This document shows positions 30,717 through 39,444 of a stretch of DNA of 64,000 nucleotides, piece after piece; within the stretch, counting starts at the first letter, position 1; every line of letters starts with the position of its first letter. The position numbers and the translations under genes are program-made. The DNA is from Candidatus Eiseniibacteriota bacterium (GTDB lineage Bacteria > Eisenbacteria > RBG-16-71-46): positions 1,728,001 through 1,792,000 of the forward strand of contig CAVQXP010000004.1 in the NCBI GenBank assembly GCA_963717935.1, written 5' to 3'. Below the pieces are notes generated by a model. That model ran no database searches. It was not told the origin of the DNA and saw only the letters and a list, made by a program, of their open reading frames with translations.

Positions 30717-31338
30717 GGAGTGCCGCAGCGAGTGGCGCACGCGCTACGGGCTGAATGCGGCGCTGCTCTTCGCGGTGGCCACGCTCACCGGCGTCTCGTT
30801 CGCCGTGGGGCGGCTGCCCGACCGCACCGACCTGCTGGCCGCGCTGCTCTGGGTGGTGCTGCTGTTCGCGGCGCTGGCCTCGCTGGCGCACGCCTTCGTG
30901 CGCGAGGTGGAGGGGCACACGCTCACGCTCCTGCGCCTGGTGGCCTCGCCGACCGCCATCGCGCTGGGCAAGCTGCTCTTCAATCTGCTCTTCCTCGTCG
31001 TGCTCGAGGCCGTGACCGTGCCGTTGTTCCTGGTCCTCATGGGCGGGCCGCCGGTGCGCTGGGGGCCGTTCCTGCTGATCCTCGGGCTCGGGAGCCTGGC
31101 GCTGGCCGCCACCACCACGCTGGTGGGGGCGGTGGTGTCGCAGGCCCGCGGGCGCGGGGCGCTCTTCGCCGCGGTCTCGCTGCCGCTGTTGATGGTCGTG
31201 CTGGCCGCGGGCGTGAGCGGGCTGCGGGCGCAGTGGGACGGCGATCCCGTCACCACCGAAGCGCGGCTCCTGGCCGCCTACGCCGCCGTCGTGCTGGGGG
31301 CGAGCGTGCTGCTCTACGATCACCTGTGGGAGGATTGA
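30664..31338 (+). CDS. ccmB: Heme exporter permease CcmB
   Basis: ILRKECRSEWR, LLWV, FVREVEGHTLTLL, LGKLLFN; six TM segments. Confidence 0.9.
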   Translation: MPPNGSNSAAAVWAILRKECRSEWRTRYGLNAALLFAVATLTGVSFAVGRLPDRTDLLAALLWVVLLFAALASLAHAFVREVEGHTLTLLRLVASPTAIALGKLLFNLLFLVVLEAVTVPLFLVLMGGPPVRWGPFLLILGLGSLALAATTTLVGAVVSQARGRGALFAAVSLPLLMVVLAAGVSGLRAQWDGDPVTTEARLLAAYAAVVLGASVLLYDHLWED

Positions 31339-31339
31339 C

Positions 31340-32005
31340 GTGATCCTGAGGCTGCTGCTGTTCCTGTGGATCGCGGCCGCGATGCTGGGCGGGTTCCTGT
31401 GGGCGCCGCTGGTCGCCGCGCTGGGGGACAGCACGCGGGTGCTCTACTTCCACATCCCCAGCGCCTGGATCACCGTGCTCGCGCTCGGTTGGTCCATGCT
31501 GCACAGCGTCCGGTACCTGCGCACCCGCCGCCTGGGCCATGACGACCAGGCGGCCGCCGCGGCCGGGCTGGGCGTGCTGTTCTGCATCGTGGCGGCCGTG
31601 AGCGGCTCGCTGTGGGCCAAGGCCCAGTGGGGCTCCTACTGGAACTGGGACCCGCGCGAGACCACGATCTTCTTCCTGCTGCTCATCTATGGGGCGTATC
31701 TCGCGCTGCGCAGCGCCATCGAAGGGGAGGAGAAGCGGGCCCGGCTGGCCGCAGTCTACTCGGTCATCGCATTCGTCACCGTGCCCTTCCTCATCTTCGT
31801 GGTGCCGCGCCTGTACGCCACGCTCCATCCGTCGCCCATCCTGCCGCAGCAGGGCGAGGGGCGTGCGATGGACCCGAGGATCCGGATCTGCTTCTTCGCC
31901 ATGCTGGCGGGCTTCACAGTCCTGTTCTTCTGGATCCTTTCGCTCAAGGTGCGCCTCGTACGATTCGAGCGGCGCGCCCAGTCGGAGTCCGCGGCGCGGT
32001 CCTGA
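31340..32005 (+). CDS. ccmC: Heme exporter protein CcmC
   Basis: YFHIPSAW, GSLWAKAQWGSYWNWDPRET (WWD domain), TLHP. Confidence 0.93.
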   Translation: MILRLLLFLWIAAAMLGGFLWAPLVAALGDSTRVLYFHIPSAWITVLALGWSMLHSVRYLRTRRLGHDDQAAAAAGLGVLFCIVAAVSGSLWAKAQWGSYWNWDPRETTIFFLLLIYGAYLALRSAIEGEEKRARLAAVYSVIAFVTVPFLIFVVPRLYATLHPSPILPQQGEGRAMDPRIRICFFAMLAGFTVLFFWILSLKVRLVRFERRAQSESAARS

Positions 32006-32083
32006 GCCCCGCGGCGAAGGTGGACGGGGGCGCGAGCCCCCGAGCAGACCCTCAGCGGGGCCCGGCCCCGGGGAGTGTGAACC

Positions 32084-32191
32084 GTGAACGGCAACCTGGT
32101 GGTACTCGGCGTGGCGCTGCTGGTGTGGGGACTGCTGTTCCTCTACCTGCTCCGGCTGGAGCGCCGCATCCGCGACCTGGAGAAGCGATGA
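32084..32191 (+). CDS. ccmD: CcmD-like small membrane protein (35 aa)
   Basis: Manual translation VNGNLVVLGVALLVWGLLFLYLLRLERRIRDLEKR; one TM plus charged tail; between ccmC and ccmE with ATGA overlap. Confidence 0.8.
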   Translation: MNGNLVVLGVALLVWGLLFLYLLRLERRIRDLEKR

Positions 32192-32577
32192 ACGTGAAGA
32201 TCATCCTGGCCCTGGCGCTGGTGGCGGTCGGCGTTGCCGTCGGGGTGACGAGCTTCAAGAAGTCGGTGACGCCCTACCTCAGTTTCGCCGAGGCCCGACG
32301 GAGCGCCGGGCTCGTGCAGGTGAACGGCGAGATCGCCGACAGGAACTACGTCCTCAAGCCGCTGGAGCAGTACCTGGAGTTCAACCTGCGGGACCAGAAG
32401 GGCGAGGTGATGCCGGTCGTCTACCGTGGCGTCATCCCCGGCAACTTCGACCAGGCCACCATGGTGGTGGCCATCGGGCGCTACCGGGCGGGCCGTTTCC
32501 AGGCGGAGCAGCTGTTGCTGAAGTGTCCCTCCAAGTACCAGGCCGAAGCTGACAGGCAGAAAGCGGCCCGAACTTGA
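32188..32577 (+). CDS. ccmE: Heme chaperone CcmE, CxxxY variant
   Basis: N-terminal TM, VQVNG, VVYRGVIPGNF, VVAIG, LLLKCPSKY. Confidence 0.92.
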   Translation: MNVKIILALALVAVGVAVGVTSFKKSVTPYLSFAEARRSAGLVQVNGEIADRNYVLKPLEQYLEFNLRDQKGEVMPVVYRGVIPGNFDQATMVVAIGRYRAGRFQAEQLLLKCPSKYQAEADRQKAART

Positions 32578-34793
32578 ATCCTGGACAGATCCTCGCCTGG
32601 CTCGCCTTCCTGGCTTCGCTCACGGCCGGACTCGCGTGGCTCGCCGCCGTGGCGGGAGGCCGGCCGGCCGCCGGGCGCGTCGCCCGCGTGACCTTCCGCA
32701 TCCAGTGGCTCGCGCTGGTCGCCGCCGCCGCGTTCCTCTGGCTCATCCTGTTCCGCCACGACTTCCGCTACCAGTACGTGGCCTCCTACTCCTCGATCGC
32801 GATGCCGGCGCATTTCGTGTTCGCCGCCTTCTGGGGGGGGCAGGAGGGGACGTTCCTGCTCTGGGCGCTGCTCACGGCGACGCTGGGCCTCGTCCTGATG
32901 CGGCTGCGGCACCCGCTGACCGAGGCGGCGATGGCCTTCCTGAACCTGCCGCTCGTCATGCTGGGGCTGGTGAGCGTGATGCGCGGGCCGTTCCTGAGGT
33001 TCCCGCCGGGGCGGGCGCCCCTGGACGGACAGGGGCTGAACCCGCTGCTCCAGGACCCGTGGATGACCATCCATCCGCCGGTGCTGTTCATCGGCATCGC
33101 GTCGCTCGCCGTGCCCTTCGCCATCGCCATGGCCGCGATGGTGAAGCGCGACTGGGACGGCTGGGTGAAGCTGGCCCTGCCGTGGGTGGTGTTCTCGACG
33201 GCGGTGCTGGCCACGGGCTTCATCATGGGCGGGGTGTGGGCGTACCGCGTGCTGGGTTGGGGCGGTTACTGGGGCTGGGACCCGGTCGAGAACGGCTCGC
33301 TCATCCCCTGGCTCGCGAACCTGGCGCTGCTGCACGGGCTGCTGGTGCAGCGCGTGACCGGCAGCCTGCGCCGGACGAACCTGTTCCTCGCCGTGACCGC
33401 CTTCGTCCTGGTCCTCTACGCCTCGTTCCTGACCCGCAGCGGCGTGCTGGCCGATTTCTCCGTGCACTCCTTCGCCAACCTCGGGCTCACCAGCTTCCTG
33501 CTCACCTTCCTGTTCGTGATCATCATCGCAGGCTACGGGTTGCTCGCCTTCCGCCTGCGCGGGATCCCGAGATCGCTGCAGCAGGTCGGCGGCTTCTCCC
33601 GCGAGTCCATGATGTGGCTCGGGCAGCTGGTGTTGCTGCTCATGTGCCTGCTGATCGCGGTCGGGATGAGCGCTCCGCTCCTCACCGGCCTGTTCGGGCC
33701 GCCCGCGAACGTGCAGACCTCGTACTACAACCTGGTGAACGCCCCGCTCGCGATCATCATGGGCCTGCTGCTGGGGCTCGGTCCGCTCATGCGCTGGCGC
33801 CGCCAGGATTCGCGGGCGCTCCTGCGCGCGGCGCTGCCGGCGCTGGTGCTGGCGGTGGCGTTCACCCTGGTCATCGTGGTGCGCGGGGTGCGGGAGGCCA
33901 TGCCCGCGGGCGTCATCTTCGCCGCGGCCTTCGCGCTGGCGGCCAACGCCGTGGTCGCGGTGCGCGGCTTCCGCGTCGGCTGGCGGCACGGGGCCGCGGC
34001 CCTCGGGCACCTGGGGGTGGCGATGCTGCTGATCGGCGTCGTGGCCTCGAGCGGCTACGGCGTCGCCGCGCAGGCGCAGCTGCCGCAGGGCGAGGAGCGC
34101 CAGGCGCTGGGCTACTCGCTCACGTACCAGGGGTTCGTGAAGGAACCCGACGGCAAGGGCCACGTCCGGATCGCCGTGAGCTCGCGGGAGGGCCGCTTCG
34201 AGGCCACGCCGGCGCTCTACTGGAGTGAGTTCAACCAGGGTTACATGAAGAAGCCGCACGTCGAGCGCTACCTGACGCACGACGTCTACATCTCGCCGCT
34301 CGAGATGGTGGACGAAGAGGACGCCGAGGGGGGCGCTGCCGGCGACGCCGTGTGGCTGGCGCCCGGCGAGACCCGGGAGGTGGGTTCGGCGAGCTACACC
34401 TTCGAGGGCTTCGACCCGCAGATGGGGCAGGTCGTGCGCCTCGCTGCGCGGCTGCGGGTCGAGCTGAACGGCCGCACGGTGCCTGCGCGGCCCGTGCTGG
34501 AGATCAACACCGCGACCGGCTCGCGCAACAGCATCCCGGCCTATCTGCCGGGCGGCTCCGCGGTCGAGATCGCGGACGCCGAGCCGGGCAGCGGGCGAGT
34601 GGCCCTGGTGCTGCCCGGGGCGGCGCAGCCCGGCAGGAGCAGCGTGCTGGCGGTGGAGGTGAGCACGAAACCGTTCATCAACCTCGTCTGGCTGGGCGCG
34701 CTCCTGATGCTCGGGAGCACGTTCCTGATCACGTTCCGCCGCGCGCGGGAGTTCGGGGATGTCAGTTCGGCAGGGGGGGCGAAGACGGCGTAG
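32574..34793 (+). CDS. ccmF: Cytochrome c heme lyase CcmF
   Basis: FWGGQEGTFLLW, GLNPLLQDPWMTIHPP, GWGGYWGWDPVEN, FLTRSG..SVHSF, KPFINLVWLG. Confidence 0.95.
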   Translation: MNPGQILAWLAFLASLTAGLAWLAAVAGGRPAAGRVARVTFRIQWLALVAAAAFLWLILFRHDFRYQYVASYSSIAMPAHFVFAAFWGGQEGTFLLWALLTATLGLVLMRLRHPLTEAAMAFLNLPLVMLGLVSVMRGPFLRFPPGRAPLDGQGLNPLLQDPWMTIHPPVLFIGIASLAVPFAIAMAAMVKRDWDGWVKLALPWVVFSTAVLATGFIMGGVWAYRVLGWGGYWGWDPVENGSLIPWLANLALLHGLLVQRVTGSLRRTNLFLAVTAFVLVLYASFLTRSGVLADFSVHSFANLGLTSFLLTFLFVIIIAGYGLLAFRLRGIPRSLQQVGGFSRESMMWLGQLVLLLMCLLIAVGMSAPLLTGLFGPPANVQTSYYNLVNAPLAIIMGLLLGLGPLMRWRRQDSRALLRAALPALVLAVAFTLVIVVRGVREAMPAGVIFAAAFALAANAVVAVRGFRVGWRHGAAALGHLGVAMLLIGVVASSGYGVAAQAQLPQGEERQALGYSLTYQGFVKEPDGKGHVRIAVSSREGRFEATPALYWSEFNQGYMKKPHVERYLTHDVYISPLEMVDEEDAEGGAAGDAVWLAPGETREVGSASYTFEGFDPQMGQVVRLAARLRVELNGRTVPARPVLEINTATGSRNSIPAYLPGGSAVEIADAEPGSGRVALVLPGAAQPGRSSVLAVEVSTKPFINLVWLGALLMLGSTFLITFRRAREFGDVSSAGGAKTA

Positions 34794-34826
34794 GCGGGCG
34801 GGGTGGATGGTGCAGGCGAAGGGTGG

Positions 34827-34863
34827 GGGCCCGGGCTCGATGCAGAGCCCGGGCCCTTTTCTT
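34827..34863 (+). terminator. Intrinsic terminator closing the ccm operon
   Basis: GGGCCCGGGCTC-N6-GAGCCCGGGCCC then TTTTCTT. Confidence 0.8.
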
Positions 34864-34865
34864 CC

Positions 34866-34894
34866 TTGGCAACTGCACGGATGTGCAGTATCTT
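34866..34894 (+). promoter_or_regulatory. Sigma70-type promoter with palindromic operator (candidate LexA box) in the spacer
   Basis: TTGGCA (34866-71), 17 nt, TATCTT (34889-94); ACTGCAC-GGAT-GTGCAGT at 34872-34889. Confidence 0.75.
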
Positions 34895-34901
34895 CAGCCC
34901 G

Positions 34902-35171
34902 GTGTCCAGACCCGCGAGGTTCGAATCGCTCAGCGACCCCGTGGACGTGCTCACGGTGTTCGTGGCCGGCAAGGTGAAGCCCCTGCGCTTCCGTTGGCAG
35001 GGCCGGGTCATCCGCGTGCGCAAGGTGAGTGGAGAGTGGACCCGCCGCGAAGGCCAGGCCCTGCTGCGTTATTACGCGGTGGAGGGTGCTGCGGCCGGGA
35101 CCTACGAGCTCTGCTTCGACGCCCGGGGCCCGGGTTGGATCCTCTCGCGGGCCTGGCCCGCAGGGGCATGA
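34902..35171 (+). CDS. Small conserved-looking protein (DUF6504-like), 89 aa
   Basis: PVDVLTVF..GKVKPLRFRWQGR.I.V.KV..EW...YYAV...TYELCFD...WIL; GTG 7 nt after -10; ATGA coupling to the next gene. Confidence 0.7.
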   Translation: MSRPARFESLSDPVDVLTVFVAGKVKPLRFRWQGRVIRVRKVSGEWTRREGQALLRYYAVEGAAAGTYELCFDARGPGWILSRAWPAGA

Positions 35172-35211
35172 AAAAGGAGGGAGGGCTGCCGCGGCTCCGT
35201 GGCGGCCCCGG

Positions 35212-36441
35212 ATGGCCATGTGGATCCTGCTCGCGGACATGGACGCCTTCTTCGCCTCGGTCGAGCAACTCGACCGTCCCCACCTGAGGGGCCGGCCCGT
35301 CGTCGTCTGCGGCGACCCGGGACGGCGTGGCGTGGTGACCGCGGCCTCGTACGAGGCGCGGCCCTCGGGTGTGCGGGCCGGGATGAGCCTGGCCGAGGCG
35401 CGCCGTCTCTGCCCGGGGGCCGAGTACGTCGAGGGCCATCCGGAGCGCTACGTCGCGCTCTCGCTCCAACTGCTCGACCTGTATCTCTCGTTCACGCCGG
35501 ACGTGGAGCCCTTCAGCGTGGACGAGGCGTTCCTCGGCCTCGATCCGAAGGAGGCGACGCTCGATCAGGCCGAGGCCGTGGCGCGGCGCGTGCAGCATGC
35601 GGTGGACGAGCGTTTCCGGCTCGGGGTCTCGGTCGGCGTGGGCCCGAACAAGCTGGTGGCCAAGATGGCGGCGGGGCTCGGAAAGCCGCGCGGCCTCACG
35701 GCTCTGGACGAGGAAGGCTTCCGCCGGGCCTTCTGGCCGCTCGAAGTGCAGGAGTTGTGGGGCGTGGGACCGAAGCTCGCCGGGCGCATGCGGTCGCTCG
35801 GGATCATGACCGTCGGCGATCTCGCCCGCGCCCCCGTCCCGTCCCTCAAGGCTGCCTTCGGTGTGGTGGGCCCGTCGCTGCGCGAGGCCGCCTGGGGAAG
35901 GGACGACACGCCGCTGGTGCCCTACCATCAAGGCGCGGACCCGAAGTCCATGGGGCACGAGGTCACCCTGTCGGCGGACTCGGCCGATCCCGCCTTCCTC
36001 GAGGGGACGCTGCTCCGGCTCGCGGACCAGGTGGCCCGACGGCTCCGCGGCGGGGGTTTCGTCGGCCGGACCGTGACCCTGAGGCTGCGCGACGAGCGCT
36101 TCGTGACGGTGACCCGGCAGCGCGCGCTGGAAGGCTACACCGACGACCATCGGCTCATCTTCGAGACCGCGCGCGCCCTGTGGCGTGCCCACTGGCAGGG
36201 CGGGCCTCTGAGGCTGTTGGGCGTGAGCGTCTCGGCGCTCGAGCGGGGGAGGGAGCACCCGCAGGCCGAGCTGTTCGAGGAGGACCGGCGGGAGGATCGC
36301 CTGACGAAGACGCTCGACCGCCTGCGCGACCGCATGGGCGAGGCCGCGCTCGTCCCCGCCGGCTCGCTCACGCATCGGCGCGCCCTCGGCCACGTGCCCT
36401 TCGGTGCGCGTCCCGGCCGCGGCAGGGAGGAGGCGGGATGA
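35212..36441 (+). CDS. dinB: DNA polymerase IV (Y-family)
   Basis: DMDAFFASVEQ, RGVVTAASYEAR, SVDEAF, GVGPNKLVAKMA, LWGVG, KSMGHEVT, LRLLGV. True start may be ATG 35168 with an indel. Confidence 0.95.
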   Translation: MAMWILLADMDAFFASVEQLDRPHLRGRPVVVCGDPGRRGVVTAASYEARPSGVRAGMSLAEARRLCPGAEYVEGHPERYVALSLQLLDLYLSFTPDVEPFSVDEAFLGLDPKEATLDQAEAVARRVQHAVDERFRLGVSVGVGPNKLVAKMAAGLGKPRGLTALDEEGFRRAFWPLEVQELWGVGPKLAGRMRSLGIMTVGDLARAPVPSLKAAFGVVGPSLREAAWGRDDTPLVPYHQGADPKSMGHEVTLSADSADPAFLEGTLLRLADQVARRLRGGGFVGRTVTLRLRDERFVTVTRQRALEGYTDDHRLIFETARALWRAHWQGGPLRLLGVSVSALERGREHPQAELFEEDRREDRLTKTLDRLRDRMGEAALVPAGSLTHRRALGHVPFGARPGRGREEAG

Positions 36442-37352
36442 GCACCGGCGATCTGTTCGCGGGCTTCCCCGAGAAGGAAGCGCCCCGTCCCGCAGACCCC
36501 GGCCGGCGCATCCTCATCGGGACCTCGGGCTATTCCTTCGCGGACTGGGTGGGGCCCTTCTACCCGCCGGGCACGCGGCCGGGCGACTTCCTGCCATTCT
36601 ACGCGCGGCACTTCGACACGGTCGAGGTCAACTCCACGTACTACCGCGTCCCGTCTCCCGGGGCGATCGAGCGGATGGAGCGGAAGACCCCGCCCGGCTT
36701 CCGCTTCATGGTCAAGGTGAACCAGGCCATGACCCACGAGCGCTCGCTGGAGGCGGGCCTGGTGCGCGATTTCCGCGCCGCGCTCGGGCCGCTCAAGGCC
36801 GCAGGCAAGTACGAAGGCCTGCTGGCGCAGTTTCCCTGGGGCTTCCGCCGCACCACGGAGAACGAGTCCCACCTCGCCGCCCTGCGGGAGTCGCTCGCGG
36901 ACGAGCCGCTGTTCGTCGAGTTCCGCCACGCCTCGTGGGCCGCGCCGGACCTCGCCGGCTGGCTGCGGGATCGGCGCCTCGGCTTCTGTGCGGTGGACGA
37001 GCCGCGGCTCGAGAGCCTGATGCCCCCGGTGGCCATGGTGACCGGGGACGACGCCTACGTGCGCTTCCATGGCCGCAACGCGAAGAACTGGTGGGGAAGC
37101 CGGCCCTCCGCCGCGGTGGGCGCCGTTCCCCGGGGGACGGGAGTGGTGACCGGGGACCGTTACGACTACGAGTACAGGGCGGACGAGCTGAAGGAGTGGG
37201 CTCAGAAGGTGCGCGAACTCGCCGGGCAGGCGCGTCGGACCTATCTCTTCTTCAACAACTGCCACGCGGGGCAGGCGGCGCGCAGCGCGAAGCTCATGCA
37301 GGAGCTGCTGAGGCAGCAGGATCCGCCGGCTCGATCAGGCAGCACCTCCTGA
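36438..37352 (+). CDS. DUF72 (YecE/YunF) family protein
   Basis: IGTSGYSFADWVGPFYP, VEVNSTYY, F.FMVK, LAQFP, EFRHASW, YVRFHGRN, YDYEY, FFNN. Confidence 0.93.
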   Translation: MSTGDLFAGFPEKEAPRPADPGRRILIGTSGYSFADWVGPFYPPGTRPGDFLPFYARHFDTVEVNSTYYRVPSPGAIERMERKTPPGFRFMVKVNQAMTHERSLEAGLVRDFRAALGPLKAAGKYEGLLAQFPWGFRRTTENESHLAALRESLADEPLFVEFRHASWAAPDLAGWLRDRRLGFCAVDEPRLESLMPPVAMVTGDDAYVRFHGRNAKNWWGSRPSAAVGAVPRGTGVVTGDRYDYEYRADELKEWAQKVRELAGQARRTYLFFNNCHAGQAARSAKLMQELLRQQDPPARSGSTS

Positions 37353-37362
37353 CGAGGCCCCC

Positions 37363-37406
37363 GATCGAAACGGCCATCCCCGCGAGCGGGGATGGCCGTT
37401 TCGATC
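37363..37406. terminator. Long perfect inverted repeat between convergent genes
   Basis: GATCGAAACGGCCATCCCCGC / GCGGGGATGGCCGTTTCGATC. Confidence 0.75.
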
Positions 37407-37421
37407 AGGCTCTTGCCGGAG

Positions 37422-38138
37422 CTAGCGGTAGATCGACTTGAGCGTGCCCCAGGTCGAGGGGTGGGCCGGCGTGGCGCAGTCGGCGTTGATCTTCACGATG
37501 ATGTCGTTGACGTGACCCCAGGTGCCGAACTGGTGGAGGTCATCCGCCGGCGAGCAGTCGGGGGCGAGGAACGCCGGATACGAGGCCGGCTTGGTGAGGT
37601 AGGGCGTCTCGCCGGTCCCGAAGCCGTTCGCCATGGCGAGGTCCAGGGTGCAACCGATCTCGAACACGCCGGTCGTCGTGCCCGTGAAGCTGGACGCGAT
37701 GGGGATGAAGTCGATGAGCTGCACCTGGCTGACGATGGAGGTGACGTTGAGCGTGCCCGAGCCCGAGCCCCAGGCCACCGCCGGATCCGAGTAGAGCTCG
37801 AACGTCCCGCCCAGGAAGGTCTGGTGATAGGTGATGAGGCCGGTCCCGGTGACCGAGTCGTAGAGCGAATAGTCGGGCGGCACCGATGTCATCTCGACAC
37901 CGCACTTGATCTCCCACTGCGTGCCCAGCACGTATTCGTCCCAGGACTGCCCATGGAAGACCTTCGGGTTCCCGGAGTTGGGGAGCGGGCGCGACGTGGA
38001 CGCGCGTCCGATCTGCACGCCGGGGATCATCCCGGGGCGCGACGTGGACGTGTAGATGCCCGGCACCGGATCTGCGAACGCGGCGAGTGACGCCAGCAGG
38101 AAGAGGACGACGAGCGAGATGGAGGAGCAGCAGCGCAT
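37422..38138 (-). CDS. Secreted protein of unknown function with C-terminal STWGTLKSIYR
   Basis: GAGG RBS; signal peptide ending AAFA; T/S/G-rich beta-type body with several Cys; short C-terminal tail. Confidence 0.75.
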   Translation of the reverse strand: MRCCSSISLVVLFLLASLAAFADPVPGIYTSTSRPGMIPGVQIGRASTSRPLPNSGNPKVFHGQSWDEYVLGTQWEIKCGVEMTSVPPDYSLYDSVTGTGLITYHQTFLGGTFELYSDPAVAWGSGSGTLNVTSIVSQVQLIDFIPIASSFTGTTTGVFEIGCTLDLAMANGFGTGETPYLTKPASYPAFLAPDCSPADDLHQFGTWGHVNDIIVKINADCATPAHPSTWGTLKSIYR

Positions 38139-38392
38139 AGGGTGGCCTCGCGGAAAGAGTCGGTCCAGGGCCGAGGGGCCCGCAAGTCGTTCCGGATGCG
38201 GCCGACGACTGCGGTGACTCTAGCACAGCGGGAAGTGACCTGAGCAGTGGAATACGCTCGGAGCGCGGCTCCGTCGGTACGGAGGGAGCGCCAACCCTAT
38301 GCAATGTGACGTGGTGTCTCGCGGAGGAGACGCCGGAACCTGCCGCGTGGCAGATGGGGGCTGGCGAATCCCGGGTCTGCCGGGCGCGCTGG

Positions 38393-39436
38393 CTAGCTGT
38401 CCACCTCCCCGCGCTGCTCCCTGGCGAGCGCCGGGTGCCGTCCCTGGATGAACTCCTCACACTCGCGCACATCGCGGATGCTGCCGAGGAAGAGCGGCGT
38501 GCGCTCGTGCAGCGAGGCGGGCGCGATGTCCATGATGCGGCGCATGCCGTCGCTGGCTGCGCCCCCCGCCTGCTCCGCGACGAAGGCGAGCGGGGCCGCC
38601 TCGTAGAGCACGCGCAGCTTGCCCTTCGGGCTCTTCCGGCTCGCGGGGTAGAGGAAGATGCCGCCGTAGAGCAGGTTCCGGTGGAAGTCCGCGACCAGCG
38701 AACCGATGTAGCGCCCGCTGTATGGATGTCGGTTCGCGGCATCATCGGCCTTGAGCCAGTCCACGTAGCGCCGCACCTCATCGGACCAGAAGGCGTAGTT
38801 GCCCTCGTTGGTGCTGTAGATGTGGCCGCGCGCCGGCGTGCGGATGTCCGGCTCGGAGAGCAGGAACTCGCCGATGCTGGGCTCGTAGGTGAAACCATGC
38901 ACGCCGTTGCCCGTCGTGTAGACCAGCATCGTGCTCGAGCCGTACATCACGTAGCCCGCGGCCAGTTGCCGCTGCCCGGGCTGCAGGCAGTCCTGCAACG
39001 TGCCGTTCCCCTCGCGGGTGATCCGCGGCAGGATGGAGAAGATGGTCCCGATGTTGACGTTGGCGCCGATGTTCGAGGAGCCGTCGAGCGGGTCGAAGTT
39101 GACCACGTAGCTGCCCGGCCGCTGTCCCGGCAGCACGGGCACGATCCCCTCGTCCTCCTCCGACGCGAGCACGGCGAGCTGGCCGGTCGATCCCAGCAGG
39201 CGGTGCAGGGTCTCGTGGGCGTAGCGGTCGAGCCGCTGCACGCGCTCACCGTGCACGTTCTCCTCGCCGGTCTCGCCGACGATGTCCACGAGCCCCGCGC
39301 GGACGACCAACCGGTTGATCATCTTCGCAGCGAGGGCGATCTCCATCAGGAGGTCGGTGAACTCACCCGAGGCCTCCGGGTGCTGGTCCTCCTGCTGGAG
39401 GATGAACTGCGACAGGGGCAGCGCGGTCTTCAGCAC
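38393..39436 (-). CDS. fbp: Class 1 fructose-1,6-bisphosphatase
   Basis: NVHGE, ASEE, FDPLDGSSNI, AAGYVMYGSST, YSTNEGN, RYIGSLVADFHRNLLYGGIF, GKLRVLYE. Confidence 0.96.
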   Translation of the reverse strand: MLKTALPLSQFILQQEDQHPEASGEFTDLLMEIALAAKMINRLVVRAGLVDIVGETGEENVHGERVQRLDRYAHETLHRLLGSTGQLAVLASEEDEGIVPVLPGQRPGSYVVNFDPLDGSSNIGANVNIGTIFSILPRITREGNGTLQDCLQPGQRQLAAGYVMYGSSTMLVYTTGNGVHGFTYEPSIGEFLLSEPDIRTPARGHIYSTNEGNYAFWSDEVRRYVDWLKADDAANRHPYSGRYIGSLVADFHRNLLYGGIFLYPASRKSPKGKLRVLYEAAPLAFVAEQAGGAASDGMRRIMDIAPASLHERTPLFLGSIRDVRECEEFIQGRHPALAREQRGEVDS

Positions 39437-39444
39437 CCTCACTC

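Noticed and set aside
32481..35240. Long antisense ORFs (also 37..1200, 6373..7752, 12971..14365, 26019..28037, 55161..56852)
   Set aside because: Shadows of real genes on the opposite strand, with no recognisable motifs.
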